DNA from: a virus
Lineage: Duplodnaviria > Heunggongvirae > Uroviricota > Caudoviricetes
Direction: 5' to 3' (one strand)
DNA: 63,419 bases
IMG/VR virus record: IMGVR_UViG_2579778871_000002
Shown: positions 41,377 through 50,997 of the stretch, in pieces
Layout: the number at the start of each line of letters is the position of its first letter
Numbering within the stretch: the first letter of the stretch is position 1
Position numbers and translations under genes: made by a program
Notes under the pieces: generated by a model
What the model was told of the DNA's origin: nothing
What the model saw: the letters and a program-made list of their open reading frames with translations, nothing else
The model's database searches: none

Positions 41377-41622
41377 TTGGCAGAACGTGTTGATGATGCA
41401 GAGCTGAGCATGAATCAGTTAGAAGCTCTCAAAGACATAGCCATCGATAACATCAGAAAGCAGGCACAGGTCGTGAGCCAGGTATTTACAGGGAAGTGTC
41501 GTTACTGCAATGAATCGATTGAATCAGGCATTTATTGTGACGCTGAATGTGCGCAATGGCACAGGGAAGAGCAGGCTGCAAAACAGCGTAAATATGGCAT
41601 GCGACCGGCAGGATTTGACTGA
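41377..41622 (+). CDS. TraR/DksA-type C4 zinc-finger protein
   Basis: 81 aa; CRYCNESIESGIYCDAEC. Confidence 0.5.
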   Translation: MAERVDDAELSMNQLEALKDIAIDNIRKQAQVVSQVFTGKCRYCNESIESGIYCDAECAQWHREEQAAKQRKYGMRPAGFD

Positions 41623-41624
41623 TT

Positions 41625-42203
41625 ATGTTGCGCTTTACTGAGGAAGAGTTTCAGGCTTTTAGTGAGCGTCGAAATAAGGGGCGGTCCAGGCCAAAAACCA
41701 AAAAGGATCCATTCTTATCGCTTGCGCCGGTAAAAGAAGTTTCTCCACATGCGAAGGCACTTGCAGCACTGGCAAAGAACCCAGACCTGCGCGACGGAAA
41801 TTGCGAGCACTTCGAGCAGGTTTTCATTTTTGATTACTTCGAACGCAAGCACCCTGACATCTATGAGCTGTTGCATGCAACGCCTAACGGAGGGAAACGT
41901 TCAAAAGCAACCGCCGGGAAAATGAAGGCTGAAGGGCAGAAAAAAGGTTATCCGGACATGAGTCTCGATAAAGCATGCGGTATTTATCACGGCATGCGAA
42001 TTGAGCTTAAAGAACCAAATGGTAAAGCCCCGACGAAAGAGCAGATCGCCTGGATGCGCAGGCTTAGAGAGGAAGGTTACTACGTCGTTCTTGCGTATGG
42101 TGCAGAACAAGCGATAACCGCCATCCTGGAATACATGAGCCTTAAAAAGGGTGAGGCTATTGAGCATGTATTGAACGGTGACAAGTGGTTGTACGCTACG
42201 TGA
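41625..42203 (+). CDS. VRR-NUC (PD-(D/E)xK) nuclease domain protein
   Basis: 192 aa; GYPDMSL...GMRIELKEP motif. Confidence 0.5.
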   Translation: MLRFTEEEFQAFSERRNKGRSRPKTKKDPFLSLAPVKEVSPHAKALAALAKNPDLRDGNCEHFEQVFIFDYFERKHPDIYELLHATPNGGKRSKATAGKMKAEGQKKGYPDMSLDKACGIYHGMRIELKEPNGKAPTKEQIAWMRRLREEGYYVVLAYGAEQAITAILEYMSLKKGEAIEHVLNGDKWLYAT

Positions 42204-42227
42204 AATAATAAATTAATTAGTGCATGT

Positions 42228-42425
42228 GTGCTCTTTGATATAGCGCACATTAACATCGGGAGAATAATCGTGTCATCCAAGGTTAATTATGAGTCGCTGG
42301 CATCGGTCATGCCGCGTAATGAACAGGAAACAGATGCTGTAGTGGACCCTGTAATCGCTGAAATGAATGCTCGCCTGGAGGCTGAATTTGCAGCTGAGAA
42401 TGAACATACCACCCAGGGCGACTAG
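42228..42425 (+). CDS. small acidic protein
   Basis: 65-aa ORF. Confidence 0.3.
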   Translation: MLFDIAHINIGRIIVSSKVNYESLASVMPRNEQETDAVVDPVIAEMNARLEAEFAAENEHTTQGD

Positions 42426-43029
42426 GACTGTTTTTTGTGTCGGTAGCGGTCCTTCACTCACTCGTGAGGACTGTGCTGCTATAGAAAAAACTGGCTGTTC
42501 AATCATCGCGGTTAACAATTCCTGGCAGATGTTCGATGACATTTATGCCTTATACGCCGGTGATTTGTCATGGTGGAAGCAATACGGTTCCACCATACCG
42601 GGAGGGAGGTTCCGCAAAGTGACAGCCAACCTGGCAGCGGCGAAATCATTTTCGTTGGAGTACAGGCGATATTGTGGACCGGCGGAAGGGGTAAATAGCG
42701 GCGCGCAGGCTATCAGTCTGGCGGCTGAATCAGGGGCTGAAGTAGTTGTATTAGTCGGCTATGACTGTTCTCTGCAAAACGGCCTTCATTGGCATGGGGC
42801 GCACCCTCAAGCACTACGGAATCCAACGCAGGTATCTATTTCAAAATGGCAACAGCAGTTCCTGGATACCCGCAAAAAACACGCAGATTTACATATTTTG
42901 AATGCAAGTAGGAGCAGTGCAATTCAATGTTTCCCAAGAATAAATTTAGAGGCAGTGATCGCGTTATTATCGTCGGCAGTGGCCCAAGCGCCGCAAACTT
43001 TGTTGCGCCGCGCGGAGTGCCGATTATAG
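42367..43029 (+). CDS. GxGPS-motif Rossmann-like protein, DUF115/CstII(GT42)-like glycosyltransferase fold candidate (likely start 42400)
   Basis: FCVGSGPSLT ... VVLVGYDCS resemble the recalled CstII/Maf motifs (IIAGNGPSL, SGIDFY). Confidence 0.4.
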   Translation: MLAWRLNLQLRMNIPPRATRTVFCVGSGPSLTREDCAAIEKTGCSIIAVNNSWQMFDDIYALYAGDLSWWKQYGSTIPGGRFRKVTANLAAAKSFSLEYRRYCGPAEGVNSGAQAISLAAESGAEVVVLVGYDCSLQNGLHWHGAHPQALRNPTQVSISKWQQQFLDTRKKHADLHILNASRSSAIQCFPRINLEAVIALLSSAVAQAPQTLLRRAECRL

Positions 43030-43553
43030 CGGTCAATGGGGCCATCGACTGGCTTAACCGCGCTTCTTATTTTTTCACACTTGATCCATCGTCAGACAAT
43101 ATGCGGCGCGTTGGTCGTGGCCGCCGTCGCCGTGGTGTTTGTTATTGCATGGCACTACCCGATGTTAAAGAACGTGAAGTCAGAGATGGCGTTCTGTGCT
43201 TCCGTCGTGTGGCTGAACGCGGCACGGAGCCTAAAAATACGAATTCTCCCGAGTGGTGGGCGTGGCGCTGGTCCGCACATTTCGGCCTTTGCGAAGATGA
43301 GAATGAAATTGCCAGCGGCAATAGTGCATATGGTGCTCTGAACCTAGCTTTCCATATCGGATTCAAACATGTAGCCCTGGTGGGCGTTGACGCTACGCAA
43401 GAACCACGCGTTCACTCCGGCGGCACGCCAAAAAATCTAAGTCACCTGCCTTTGTTATTCCAGTCTGCGCGTGAACAGATTGACGTTGTTTCATGCGGGA
43501 AAATGGGAGGTATTCCGCAGATGACTCTTAAAGAATGGCTGAAGAATACATGA
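42927..43553 (+). CDS. paralogous GxGPS-motif glycosyltransferase-fold candidate
   Basis: 208 aa; [10 protein letters not shown] ... VALVGVDAT; paralog of preceding gene. Confidence 0.4.
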   Translation: MFPKNKFRGSDRVIIVGSGPSAANFVAPRGVPIIAVNGAIDWLNRASYFFTLDPSSDNMRRVGRGRRRRGVCYCMALPDVKEREVRDGVLCFRRVAERGTEPKNTNSPEWWAWRWSAHFGLCEDENEIASGNSAYGALNLAFHIGFKHVALVGVDATQEPRVHSGGTPKNLSHLPLLFQSAREQIDVVSCGKMGGIPQMTLKEWLKNT

Positions 43554-44227
43554 TGGCACCCACAATTTATCACCGTATCGACGGTACCAAATACAGGAAT
43601 GTCTGGGTTGTTGGTGATCTGCATGGTTGCTACACCAGACTGATGTCCGAACTCCATCGTGTGGATTTTGACCCGGCGCAGGATTTACTGATATCGGTCG
43701 GCGACCTTATCGATCGCGGTACTGAAAATGTCGAATGTCTGGAACTATTGCAGATGCCCTGGTTCAGGGCAGTGATGGGGAACCATGAGCGGTTGATGCT
43801 CGATGCGTTAAGTCCTGATGGCAACGTGAATAACTGGCTAATGAATGGCGGTCAATGGTTCTTCATGCTGGACGCTGATCAGGAAATATTAGCCAGGGCG
43901 CTGGTGGAGTTGGTAAGACGACTGCCCTATATCATTGAGTTGAACACCGGGCAAGAAACTATCGTTATAGCCCATGCCGACTATCCGGATAATGAATATC
44001 AATTCGGTAAGGAGGTGCCGCTTTTCAACGTTGTCTGGGCGCGCGAGCGTATCAGTGATTCGATGGATGATATTGGTGGCGAAATTTCGGGCGCAGATCG
44101 TTTTATCTTTGGTCACACTCCGGTGAAAAGCCCGAAGACATTCTGGAATCAGCATTATATCGACACTGGTGCCGTATTTTGCGGAAACCTGACATTGATG
44201 AAAGTGAAAGGTGATGGTGCAGCATGA
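43535..44227 (+). CDS. Ser/Thr protein phosphatase (lambda-PP/calcineurin-like metallophosphatase)
   Basis: 230 aa; GDLHG, GDLIDRG, GNHE motifs. Confidence 0.8.
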   Translation: MAEEYMMAPTIYHRIDGTKYRNVWVVGDLHGCYTRLMSELHRVDFDPAQDLLISVGDLIDRGTENVECLELLQMPWFRAVMGNHERLMLDALSPDGNVNNWLMNGGQWFFMLDADQEILARALVELVRRLPYIIELNTGQETIVIAHADYPDNEYQFGKEVPLFNVVWARERISDSMDDIGGEISGADRFIFGHTPVKSPKTFWNQHYIDTGAVFCGNLTLMKVKGDGAA

Positions 44228-44925
44228 AGATTGCTTTAGTTCTTCGCTCTGGTGGTGACTATAACGCTTCCGATGTGCAGTGGCTGGTTAATCAACTGCC
44301 AAAAGGCTATGAAATTATTTGCCTGACAGACCTGAAGCGTTTACATGTACCTGGTGTCAAAGTTGTCCCATTGATCAACCAGTGGCAAAAGTGCCGTGGC
44401 TGGTGGGCGAAAATCGAGTTGTTCCGACCGGATATAACCGATGATCTGTTCTATCTGGATTTGGACACGGTTATTGCCGGTGATATACGCCCAATCCTTG
44501 AGAATCCACCAAGCAGCTTCACCATGCTTAGGGATTTTTACCATCCACAATATCGTGGTAGCGGTGCACTGTGGATACCAAATAGTGTAAAAGCGCATAT
44601 CTGGAGTTCATTCTGGCAAGATCCGGAAGGTTGGATTTCTCGTTGTGTCACTACTGAGTGCTGGGGTGATCAGGGGTTCTTACGGAAGGTTATGGGCGAT
44701 GATACACCAGCATTTCAGGATCTGTATCCAGGATGGTTTGTAAGTTACAAGGCCGATGTTGTGGAACCTGGTTCAAAATATGCGAGCGCGCGTTACTCCA
44801 GGGGGAATGGGGCATTACCAAAGGACTGCCGAATAATTTTTTTCCACGGCAAACCGCGACCTCGCGAAGTGTCAGAGGATTGGCTTCCCCTTATCAGCTC
44901 GTTTTTTGAGCAAGAATCAGAATAA
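44224..44925 (+). CDS. GT-A-like nucleotide-sugar transferase candidate (DxD motif)
   Basis: 233 aa; FYLDLDTVI DxD-type motif. Confidence 0.4.
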   Translation: MKIALVLRSGGDYNASDVQWLVNQLPKGYEIICLTDLKRLHVPGVKVVPLINQWQKCRGWWAKIELFRPDITDDLFYLDLDTVIAGDIRPILENPPSSFTMLRDFYHPQYRGSGALWIPNSVKAHIWSSFWQDPEGWISRCVTTECWGDQGFLRKVMGDDTPAFQDLYPGWFVSYKADVVEPGSKYASARYSRGNGALPKDCRIIFFHGKPRPREVSEDWLPLISSFFEQESE

Positions 44926-44942
44926 TATTGCTCTAATAATTC
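44926..44942 (+). promoter_or_regulatory. C1 operator
   Basis: ATTGCTCTAATAATTCC 14/17. Confidence 0.6.
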
Positions 44943-44951
44943 CATATTTTT

Positions 44952-44979
44952 AAAACGTGATGTACACTCATCACGTTTT
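44952..44979. terminator. bidirectional terminator hairpin flanked by inward-facing operators
   Basis: AAAACGTGATG-TACACT-CATCACGTTTT (11-bp stem) followed by T-run. Confidence 0.6.
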
Positions 44980-44992
44980 TTATTAGAGCAAT
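44976..44992 (-). promoter_or_regulatory. C1 operator (inverted partner)
   Basis: Reverse complement ATTGCTCTAATAAAAAA 14/17. Confidence 0.55.
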
Positions 44993-45006
44993 CCATAAGG
45001 TGCACT

Positions 45007-45225
45007 ATGTGGCCATTCCGACGGAAATATCACTACTGGCTGATCGCCTTTGTTACGCCGACCGGCGGTATCAGGCATGTCATCACCAGGTATCGCAACA
45101 AGAGACTCACCTTAGCCAGAATTTTACAGGCTGCCATAGGTGAGGGACTGGATACAAATTGCGTAGTCCTTCCACCTTCATACTTAGGAAAAATGACCGA
45201 AGCACAAGCTAATACGGAACTTTGA
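45007..45225 (+). CDS. small hypothetical protein
   Basis: 72-aa ORF. Confidence 0.3.
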   Translation: MWPFRRKYHYWLIAFVTPTGGIRHVITRYRNKRLTLARILQAAIGEGLDTNCVVLPPSYLGKMTEAQANTEL

Positions 45226-45226
45226 A

Positions 45227-46489
45227 ATGAGCACTTCAGCACAAAACCAATCAATCGAAAATGTATCTATCCCTGACGTCCTGAATGCCGGTATCCCGGC
45301 CATTATCCAGAACATCCGGGCCGCGCAACGCCGCGTTAGTTGTGATGACCTCACAGCACGTTTTTTTGATAATGCGGTTCAGTCAGCGGAGATGCTTCAC
45401 GCACAGCTTATTGATGTTTATAACGCAGAAGCTGATAGCCATAACTCCCTGGTAGATGCAGCTGAAAATATGCAGTTGGATCTCGGTCTGAAGGGTAAAG
45501 AAATTGAAGAGCTTCAGCTGCAAATTGAACATTTGAAACGCCAGCAACAGGACGCGATCGACGATGCGACGCATGACGCCAACCAGCGTGCTGATAATGC
45601 CGAACGTATAAGCATTGAGCTGGAAACAAAACTCAATGAAATGACCGCGATGGTTGAACTGCGGAACTCACAGATTTCAACGCTAAAATCTCAATATAAA
45701 GAGATCATGAAACTTGATCCTTTTAACCTTGAGAAACGCTATAACAAAGCTAAAAGCGAGCGACAGGAACTGCGTAAGCAGGTCGCCGACCTTAACCAAC
45801 AGCTCAAAAAAACTATTAAAGATGCAAGCGAGGCGCGCGTGGCATTTGCTAATAAAAAAGCAGAGGTTACCGCGCTGGTTAATGAGAATGCCAAATTTGC
45901 GACGCTCAAGAAGGAAATGTATGGCATTACTGAGCGCCGTTTCCCTGCAAGCAAACTTCATCCGACGTTAGGGCAAATCTCCTTCTTCCCGCGCCTCCTG
46001 GCTTATGGGATCTCATCGCCTAAAGAGTTCAATAACGAGCGTCCTTATATCGTTTCTAAGCTGGACTTTGCTTATCAGTTCTGCTGCGACATGGGCTATG
46101 CCATTGATATCCGAATCAACGAATGGTTGATGCCAAACTTCCAGCCGTTGGCAATTTTCCGCGAGTTCCAGCCGGAAGGTTGGGTAGAGTTCTTCCATGA
46201 ATTAATCTGTAAAGAGATGGAAAGCCGCCGCCCGGAATTGGTCCGTCGAGTTGAGTGGGCGCAAGAGGTTATGTTGGCAGATGCAGAGCTGCCGTTCGAA
46301 CCGGAATTCATTGATGATCTGGCAACTAAAGGGTTGCATACCCTGTTTGATGTGGTTACCCGCCGTCATGAGCAGTTGGTTGTCGAATTGGGTTTAGAGG
46401 AAACAGCGGCAAGAAGACTTCTCGATGTTTGCTATGCACGTAGCGATGCATGGGAAAAAGAGAACGGCGGCACTATTTACGTTCGCTGA
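45227..46489 (+). CDS. coiled-coil protein with C-terminal globular domain
   Basis: 420 aa; heptad-rich region residues about 60-230. Confidence 0.45.
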   Translation: MSTSAQNQSIENVSIPDVLNAGIPAIIQNIRAAQRRVSCDDLTARFFDNAVQSAEMLHAQLIDVYNAEADSHNSLVDAAENMQLDLGLKGKEIEELQLQIEHLKRQQQDAIDDATHDANQRADNAERISIELETKLNEMTAMVELRNSQISTLKSQYKEIMKLDPFNLEKRYNKAKSERQELRKQVADLNQQLKKTIKDASEARVAFANKKAEVTALVNENAKFATLKKEMYGITERRFPASKLHPTLGQISFFPRLLAYGISSPKEFNNERPYIVSKLDFAYQFCCDMGYAIDIRINEWLMPNFQPLAIFREFQPEGWVEFFHELICKEMESRRPELVRRVEWAQEVMLADAELPFEPEFIDDLATKGLHTLFDVVTRRHEQLVVELGLEETAARRLLDVCYARSDAWEKENGGTIYVR

Positions 46490-46561
46490 TAGTTACAGTG
46501 TCACTTTTAATGCTGGTGGAGTGCGCCCACCAGCATTTTTTTCGTCCAATGAGGAGGGCAT

Positions 46562-47068
46562 TTGAGTATTTTCAATAAACACGCACACCAGGAACGTCCG
46601 TACATCGTCATAGTAGATATTGATGGGACGATATCAGAGGCAACGGAAGACAGGCTGCATTTACTTCCACCACCTGGCAAAGGTGCATTAACAGAGCACT
46701 GGAACGAGTTTAACCTTGCCTGTGACACTGATGCTCCCATCACTCCAGTTATTGATATGGTGCGCCAGTTGTCCGGCATTTACACCCTCTGGTTTGTAAC
46801 CGGGCGCTGTGAGATAGCCAGGGATAAAACACGAGCTTGGTTGCGTAAGCACGTAACAAACGGGGCTGAGCCTTTGCTATCTATGCGTCCTGCCACCGAT
46901 GACAGAAATGACGGCCCAGCAAAGATTGATCTCCTTAAGAAAATTGGTCTAAGTAAAATCGCGTTCGCGCTGGAAGATAAGATTGAAGTGGCGCGTGTTT
47001 TCAGGAGTCACGGCGTACTTACGTTAATGGTCAGGGAGTATGAAAATGCGCTTCTCCATCAACAATAA
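46562..47068 (+). CDS. HAD-superfamily phosphatase/nucleotidase-like protein
   Basis: 168 aa; motif I IVIVDIDGTI. Confidence 0.5.
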   Translation: MSIFNKHAHQERPYIVIVDIDGTISEATEDRLHLLPPPGKGALTEHWNEFNLACDTDAPITPVIDMVRQLSGIYTLWFVTGRCEIARDKTRAWLRKHVTNGAEPLLSMRPATDDRNDGPAKIDLLKKIGLSKIAFALEDKIEVARVFRSHGVLTLMVREYENALLHQQ

Positions 47069-47084
47069 TTGCTCTAATAAATCT
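47068..47084 (+). promoter_or_regulatory. C1 operator
   Basis: ATTGCTCTAATAAATCT 16/17. Confidence 0.7.
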
Positions 47085-47262
47085 TGATTTTTAAAGCGGA
47101 GAAAGTGAAAATAAAAACATGCCGCAAGGCGCGGCATGTATCCAATCAATCACAGGAGCTGAAAATATGAACACGGCATTCAAAATCATTATGGCCGCGA
47201 TCTATTTCTGGCTGTTCTCTATCACTTTTGGCGGCATTGTCGCGCATGGGTAAGGGGGATGC

Positions 47263-47868
47263 ATGAAAGGCGAAGTGAAAGAGCGCGGCATGATTTTCAA
47301 CGATGAGATGGTCCGGGCAATTCTTGGCGGGAATAAAACACAGACTCGCAGGATTGTTGAAGAAAAATTCTATGGACGGGCAGTGGCCGCAGAGTTGCTT
47401 GCTAAACATTGTCCATATGGTCAACCGGGAGATCGTATTTGGGTTCGTGAAACCTACCGGGTACATGGCAAAGCGACGGACGTCGCAACGCTGGTTTATC
47501 GCGCAAGCGTGCGTAACTCCTGGACAGAACAAACGCACCGGGTTCCGGTTGAGGTTTGTAATAAGCCAGTATCAGAAAAGTGGACGCCATCAATTCACAT
47601 GCCGCGATGGGCATCACGCATCCTGTTGGAAATTACCAACGTGCGCGTTGAGCGGTTGAACGATATCAGCGAATGCGATGCAAGGGATGAGGGCGTTCCG
47701 CCTGCTGGAAGTTTGCTTCCTGATCACCCGGGAACATTCCTTACTCCCAAGGGGGATTTCGCAATGGCCAAGGTTGCGTTCCAGCGCCTGTGGGAATCCA
47801 TCTACGGCGAAGAAAGCTGGAGTGCTAATCCCTGGGTTTGGGTAATCGAGTTTGAGCGTATTCAGTAG
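47263..47868 (+). CDS. ASCH/PUA-like domain protein
   Basis: 201 aa; N-terminal MIFNDEMVRAILGGNKTQTRR. Confidence 0.4.
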   Translation: MKGEVKERGMIFNDEMVRAILGGNKTQTRRIVEEKFYGRAVAAELLAKHCPYGQPGDRIWVRETYRVHGKATDVATLVYRASVRNSWTEQTHRVPVEVCNKPVSEKWTPSIHMPRWASRILLEITNVRVERLNDISECDARDEGVPPAGSLLPDHPGTFLTPKGDFAMAKVAFQRLWESIYGEESWSANPWVWVIEFERIQ

Positions 47869-47877
47869 GGCGAGCGT

Positions 47878-48099
47878 ATGCAATCAGTTATTTGTGAGGA
47901 AGTCGGCCTGAATAAAGCATCCCCAGCAGAGTTAAGAGCAAGTCTCGAAATGGCGCATAGCCTTGCTCAAATTGGTGTCAGGTTTGTATCAATTCCAGTT
48001 GAAACAGATGAAGAATTTCACAGGTTAGCGGCATCGGCAGCACAAAAGCTGGAAATCATGGCAGCGAAAGTAGAGAAAGCTGAAGGAGCGACAAAATGA
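47878..48099 (+). CDS. small hypothetical protein
   Basis: 73-aa ORF. Confidence 0.35.
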   Translation: MQSVICEEVGLNKASPAELRASLEMAHSLAQIGVRFVSIPVETDEEFHRLAASAAQKLEIMAAKVEKAEGATK

Positions 48100-48311
48100 G
48101 CAAGCCAACCGACGAAGAAATAGTTCGGGTGTTGGAAGAACACGGGCGCTGTATGACTTACGTCGTGACCAACTGGCTTAGGGATAAATATCGCACACTC
48201 AAAACGGCATACGTTTTGCGTCGTCTAAAGAAACTGGAGTTCGACGGGAAAGTAAAGCGCGTTAACAGTTCTTATATAAGACAAATTTGCTGGGAGGCAT
48301 CCAGTGAGTAA
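48096..48311 (+). CDS. small winged-helix-like DNA-binding protein
   Basis: 71 aa; basic helix-rich. Confidence 0.35.
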   Translation: MSKPTDEEIVRVLEEHGRCMTYVVTNWLRDKYRTLKTAYVLRRLKKLEFDGKVKRVNSSYIRQICWEASSE

Positions 48312-48948
48312 CCGTTTTTACATGATGTGCTTGCGTGAAACTGTGGGTAATAACGCCTCATTCCATTGCCATAACGGCAATGGTTACAGTTCTGATATCG
48401 ATCGCGCTCATGTTTACACGCTGGAAGAAGCCCAAAAAGCCTGGAATTGTGGGCGAGATATCGATCAGCCTGTTTGTGCCGATAGTGTGGATGCAATGGC
48501 TGTGTGGCACGTTGATTGCCAGTACATCCCTACAGAAAGCCTGATTGAGTCAGATTGCACTGCGTATGTGGCCTACAAAAAAGGTAGCTGGAACGGCAAC
48601 GATGTTTACTGGCTTCAACACGGTGGATTGCCAACAGATGACTTCAGTAAAGCGACCATCTTTAGCGTCGCCAACAAAAACGAACCAGGAATAGTTTGGT
48701 TGCCATTTTCCATTGCTGATGCAGCAAAGCGTCGGACGTTCAATATCAATAACTTTAACCGCAGAACAATGGTTCAGGGCGCAGGTTTGGTCATGCCTGA
48801 CTGGTTGAAAGAGCAGAACAGAAGAAAGAAGTCGCGAAGCGGGAAGGTGCGTTGGAATTGTCCGCATTGCGGAAAAATAACCTGGCAGTACAGCCCATAT
48901 GATTTTGAAGGCTGTAGTGATTACAACTGTGAAGGATGGCGAGAATGA
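48304..48948 (+). CDS. hypothetical protein with C-terminal zinc ribbon
   Basis: 214 aa; CPHCGK...CSDYNCEGW. Confidence 0.4.
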   Translation: MSNRFYMMCLRETVGNNASFHCHNGNGYSSDIDRAHVYTLEEAQKAWNCGRDIDQPVCADSVDAMAVWHVDCQYIPTESLIESDCTAYVAYKKGSWNGNDVYWLQHGGLPTDDFSKATIFSVANKNEPGIVWLPFSIADAAKRRTFNINNFNRRTMVQGAGLVMPDWLKEQNRRKKSRSGKVRWNCPHCGKITWQYSPYDFEGCSDYNCEGWRE

Positions 48949-49625
48949 CAATTGACTATCAGGTACTGCGTGAGGCGGCAGAAAAGGCAACACCAGACGA
49001 ATGGGTCGCATTTATTTCGACGGATACTGGTACTTATGCGGTGCACACGCCCGGTGATGAACGATGTGAAGACGTTATCAAATGGACCGGCTTTGATGGA
49101 CAGAAAAATGCAGAGAACAACGCTCGTCATGTTGCCGCGTTCAACCCAAAGGTTGCACTGGAGCTGCTTGGTGAAATTAAGTGCCTGGAGGACACAAATA
49201 TTGATGCTATGTGTCGAATTGCAGAGCTTGAGACTAATCTCGCGGCGCTGGTGTCGGAGAATGCGGGGCTAAAGGCGATATGTGATGACCGTCGCAGATT
49301 CATCATGAATGGGGTGCAGATGGGTTATATCAAGGTGCCAGCAGCGGAAACAGATCCAGACCTTGAGACAATTCGCATTGCTATATCACCACAAAAGCCC
49401 ATTCCAGCCACTGATGCTTTCCTGTCTGAAGTGCGGGCGCAGGGGGTGGATGCTGCTATAGAAGCTGCAAAAAATCTGGTGGTCCAAGAATATGAGTATA
49501 AGGATTTCAAAGCGGCGCAGAGTGATTGCTGTATGCACCCTGGTTCAGACCTGGTAGGGAAGGTTGAAATGACTGAGTGGTTAGTTGACTTTGCTGCCCA
49601 GCTTCGCAAAGGAGGCAACCAGTGA
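48936..49625 (+). CDS. Ead/Ea22-like protein
   Basis: 229 aa; N-terminus TIDYQVLREAAEKATPDEW shared with next gene. Confidence 0.45.
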   Translation: MARMTIDYQVLREAAEKATPDEWVAFISTDTGTYAVHTPGDERCEDVIKWTGFDGQKNAENNARHVAAFNPKVALELLGEIKCLEDTNIDAMCRIAELETNLAALVSENAGLKAICDDRRRFIMNGVQMGYIKVPAAETDPDLETIRIAISPQKPIPATDAFLSEVRAQGVDAAIEAAKNLVVQEYEYKDFKAAQSDCCMHPGSDLVGKVEMTEWLVDFAAQLRKGGNQ

Positions 49626-50119
49626 GCGAAATTAATTACCAGGCATTGCGTGAGGTGGCGGAACGTGCAACTCCAGCAATGGAACGCCTGTTAATGTTGC
49701 CAGCTGATGATGATTTGTTAAGTGAACAGGAACTTAAAGATTACGGTGTGGATATTGATGCGCTCAACGCCTTCAAATTTCTGACCGGACCAGAAACCGT
49801 GCTGGCACTACTTGATGAACGGGAAGCAGACAAAAAGCGCATTGCAGAACTGGAAGCTCGGGAAATAAAACCAGCCAAAGGTGAAGTTCTTGTCGTTGTT
49901 TCTGGTTTTACTGGTTGCGGAAAAAGCGCCATTGCCGGGGAAATAGAAATCGCGATGAAGGCTATTGGTGTACCGGTTCAGTGGACTAATGGCGATGCGG
50001 AAAAGCGCATGACAGGAGCTGACTGGCTGACAGCGATTGAGATGTACAAACCAACTGTGCGCATCGTGGAAGTTAATGTGCCACGCGCCGCTGGCATTCG
50101 CATCAAAGGAGGTGAGTAA
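49622..50119 (+). CDS. Ea22-like N-terminus fused to small P-loop domain
   Basis: 165 aa; EINYQALREVAERATPAME; Walker-A-like SGFTGCGKS. Confidence 0.45.
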   Translation: MSEINYQALREVAERATPAMERLLMLPADDDLLSEQELKDYGVDIDALNAFKFLTGPETVLALLDEREADKKRIAELEAREIKPAKGEVLVVVSGFTGCGKSAIAGEIEIAMKAIGVPVQWTNGDAEKRMTGADWLTAIEMYKPTVRIVEVNVPRAAGIRIKGGE

Positions 50120-50295
50120 TGCGTGTGGCATGTATCGGCTTGTTACCGTACCCGACTCGTTTTTGGGCTTCTGCGCTAATTGCGAAGCCGCATGTCCTGA
50201 TGGCTGACAACATCATCCCGGCACCAAAGCGCCGCCATACCGGTATTGCGGCTGCACGACGCGAAGCAAAGAAACGCAGGAGAGCAAAACGATGA
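50119..50295 (+). CDS. small protein (58 aa) absent from ORF track
   Basis: ATG preceded by AGGAGGTGA; TAATG overlap with upstream gene and ATGA overlap with downstream gene. Confidence 0.4.
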   Translation: MRVACIGLLPYPTRFWASALIAKPHVLMADNIIPAPKRRHTGIAAARREAKKRRRAKR

Positions 50296-50480
50296 AAAAC
50301 CGTAAAGCAAAGATTCTGTTAGTTCGTAGAAACGCTCCTGGCGTCTGGCAGTGGGTGAGACTCAGCAACCGACGGATGGGGTTGATGAAATATTACGGGA
50401 TGATGGATTGTGGTTTTTGCAAAAAGCCCAGCGCGGCGCAAAACCGCTGGAAAAACCACTTGCGCACTAAAGGAGAGTGA
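50292..50480 (+). CDS. small basic protein
   Basis: 62-aa ORF, coupled. Confidence 0.3.
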   Translation: MKNRKAKILLVRRNAPGVWQWVRLSNRRMGLMKYYGMMDCGFCKKPSAAQNRWKNHLRTKGE

Positions 50481-50481
50481 T

Positions 50482-50997
50482 ATGGCGTTAACACACCGTG
50501 AACTCTGTCAGATTGCGTATAAGTTCCTTAAGCGCAACGGGTTCAAGGTTTGTTTTCATGACCGCTTTATAGCTGTAACCAGTACCGGAGAACAGCCAGA
50601 TGCTATGGGATTCAGAAATTCAGCATCATGCCTGATAGAAGCGAAGTGTTCTCGTGCTGACTTGTTAGCAGATAGAAAAAAGCGTTTTCGTAAAAATCCG
50701 TCTCTTGGAATGGGCGACTGGCGATTCTTTATTAGTGAGCCGGGAATTATTTCAATTGAGGATTTACCACCTGGCTGGGGATTACTTCACGTTGTTAACG
50801 GAAGAGTACGGAAAGTACATGGGTGGCCCAAGGGTAATTGCTGTTGGGGTAATCCTGACGATAAGCCATTTACTGGAAATAAGCAGGTTGAATGCGATTA
50901 CATGTTATCTGCATTAAGGCGCATGGAGTTGAGAGGGCACCTTAATGAAATATATGACGGTGTAATTGTTAATAAGAAAGAAGGAAACGCGGCATGA
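50482..50997 (+). CDS. PD-(D/E)xK nuclease-like protein
   Basis: 171 aa from SD-preceded ATG; PDAMGF...LIEAKCS motif. Confidence 0.4.
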   Translation: MALTHRELCQIAYKFLKRNGFKVCFHDRFIAVTSTGEQPDAMGFRNSASCLIEAKCSRADLLADRKKRFRKNPSLGMGDWRFFISEPGIISIEDLPPGWGLLHVVNGRVRKVHGWPKGNCCWGNPDDKPFTGNKQVECDYMLSALRRMELRGHLNEIYDGVIVNKKEGNAA

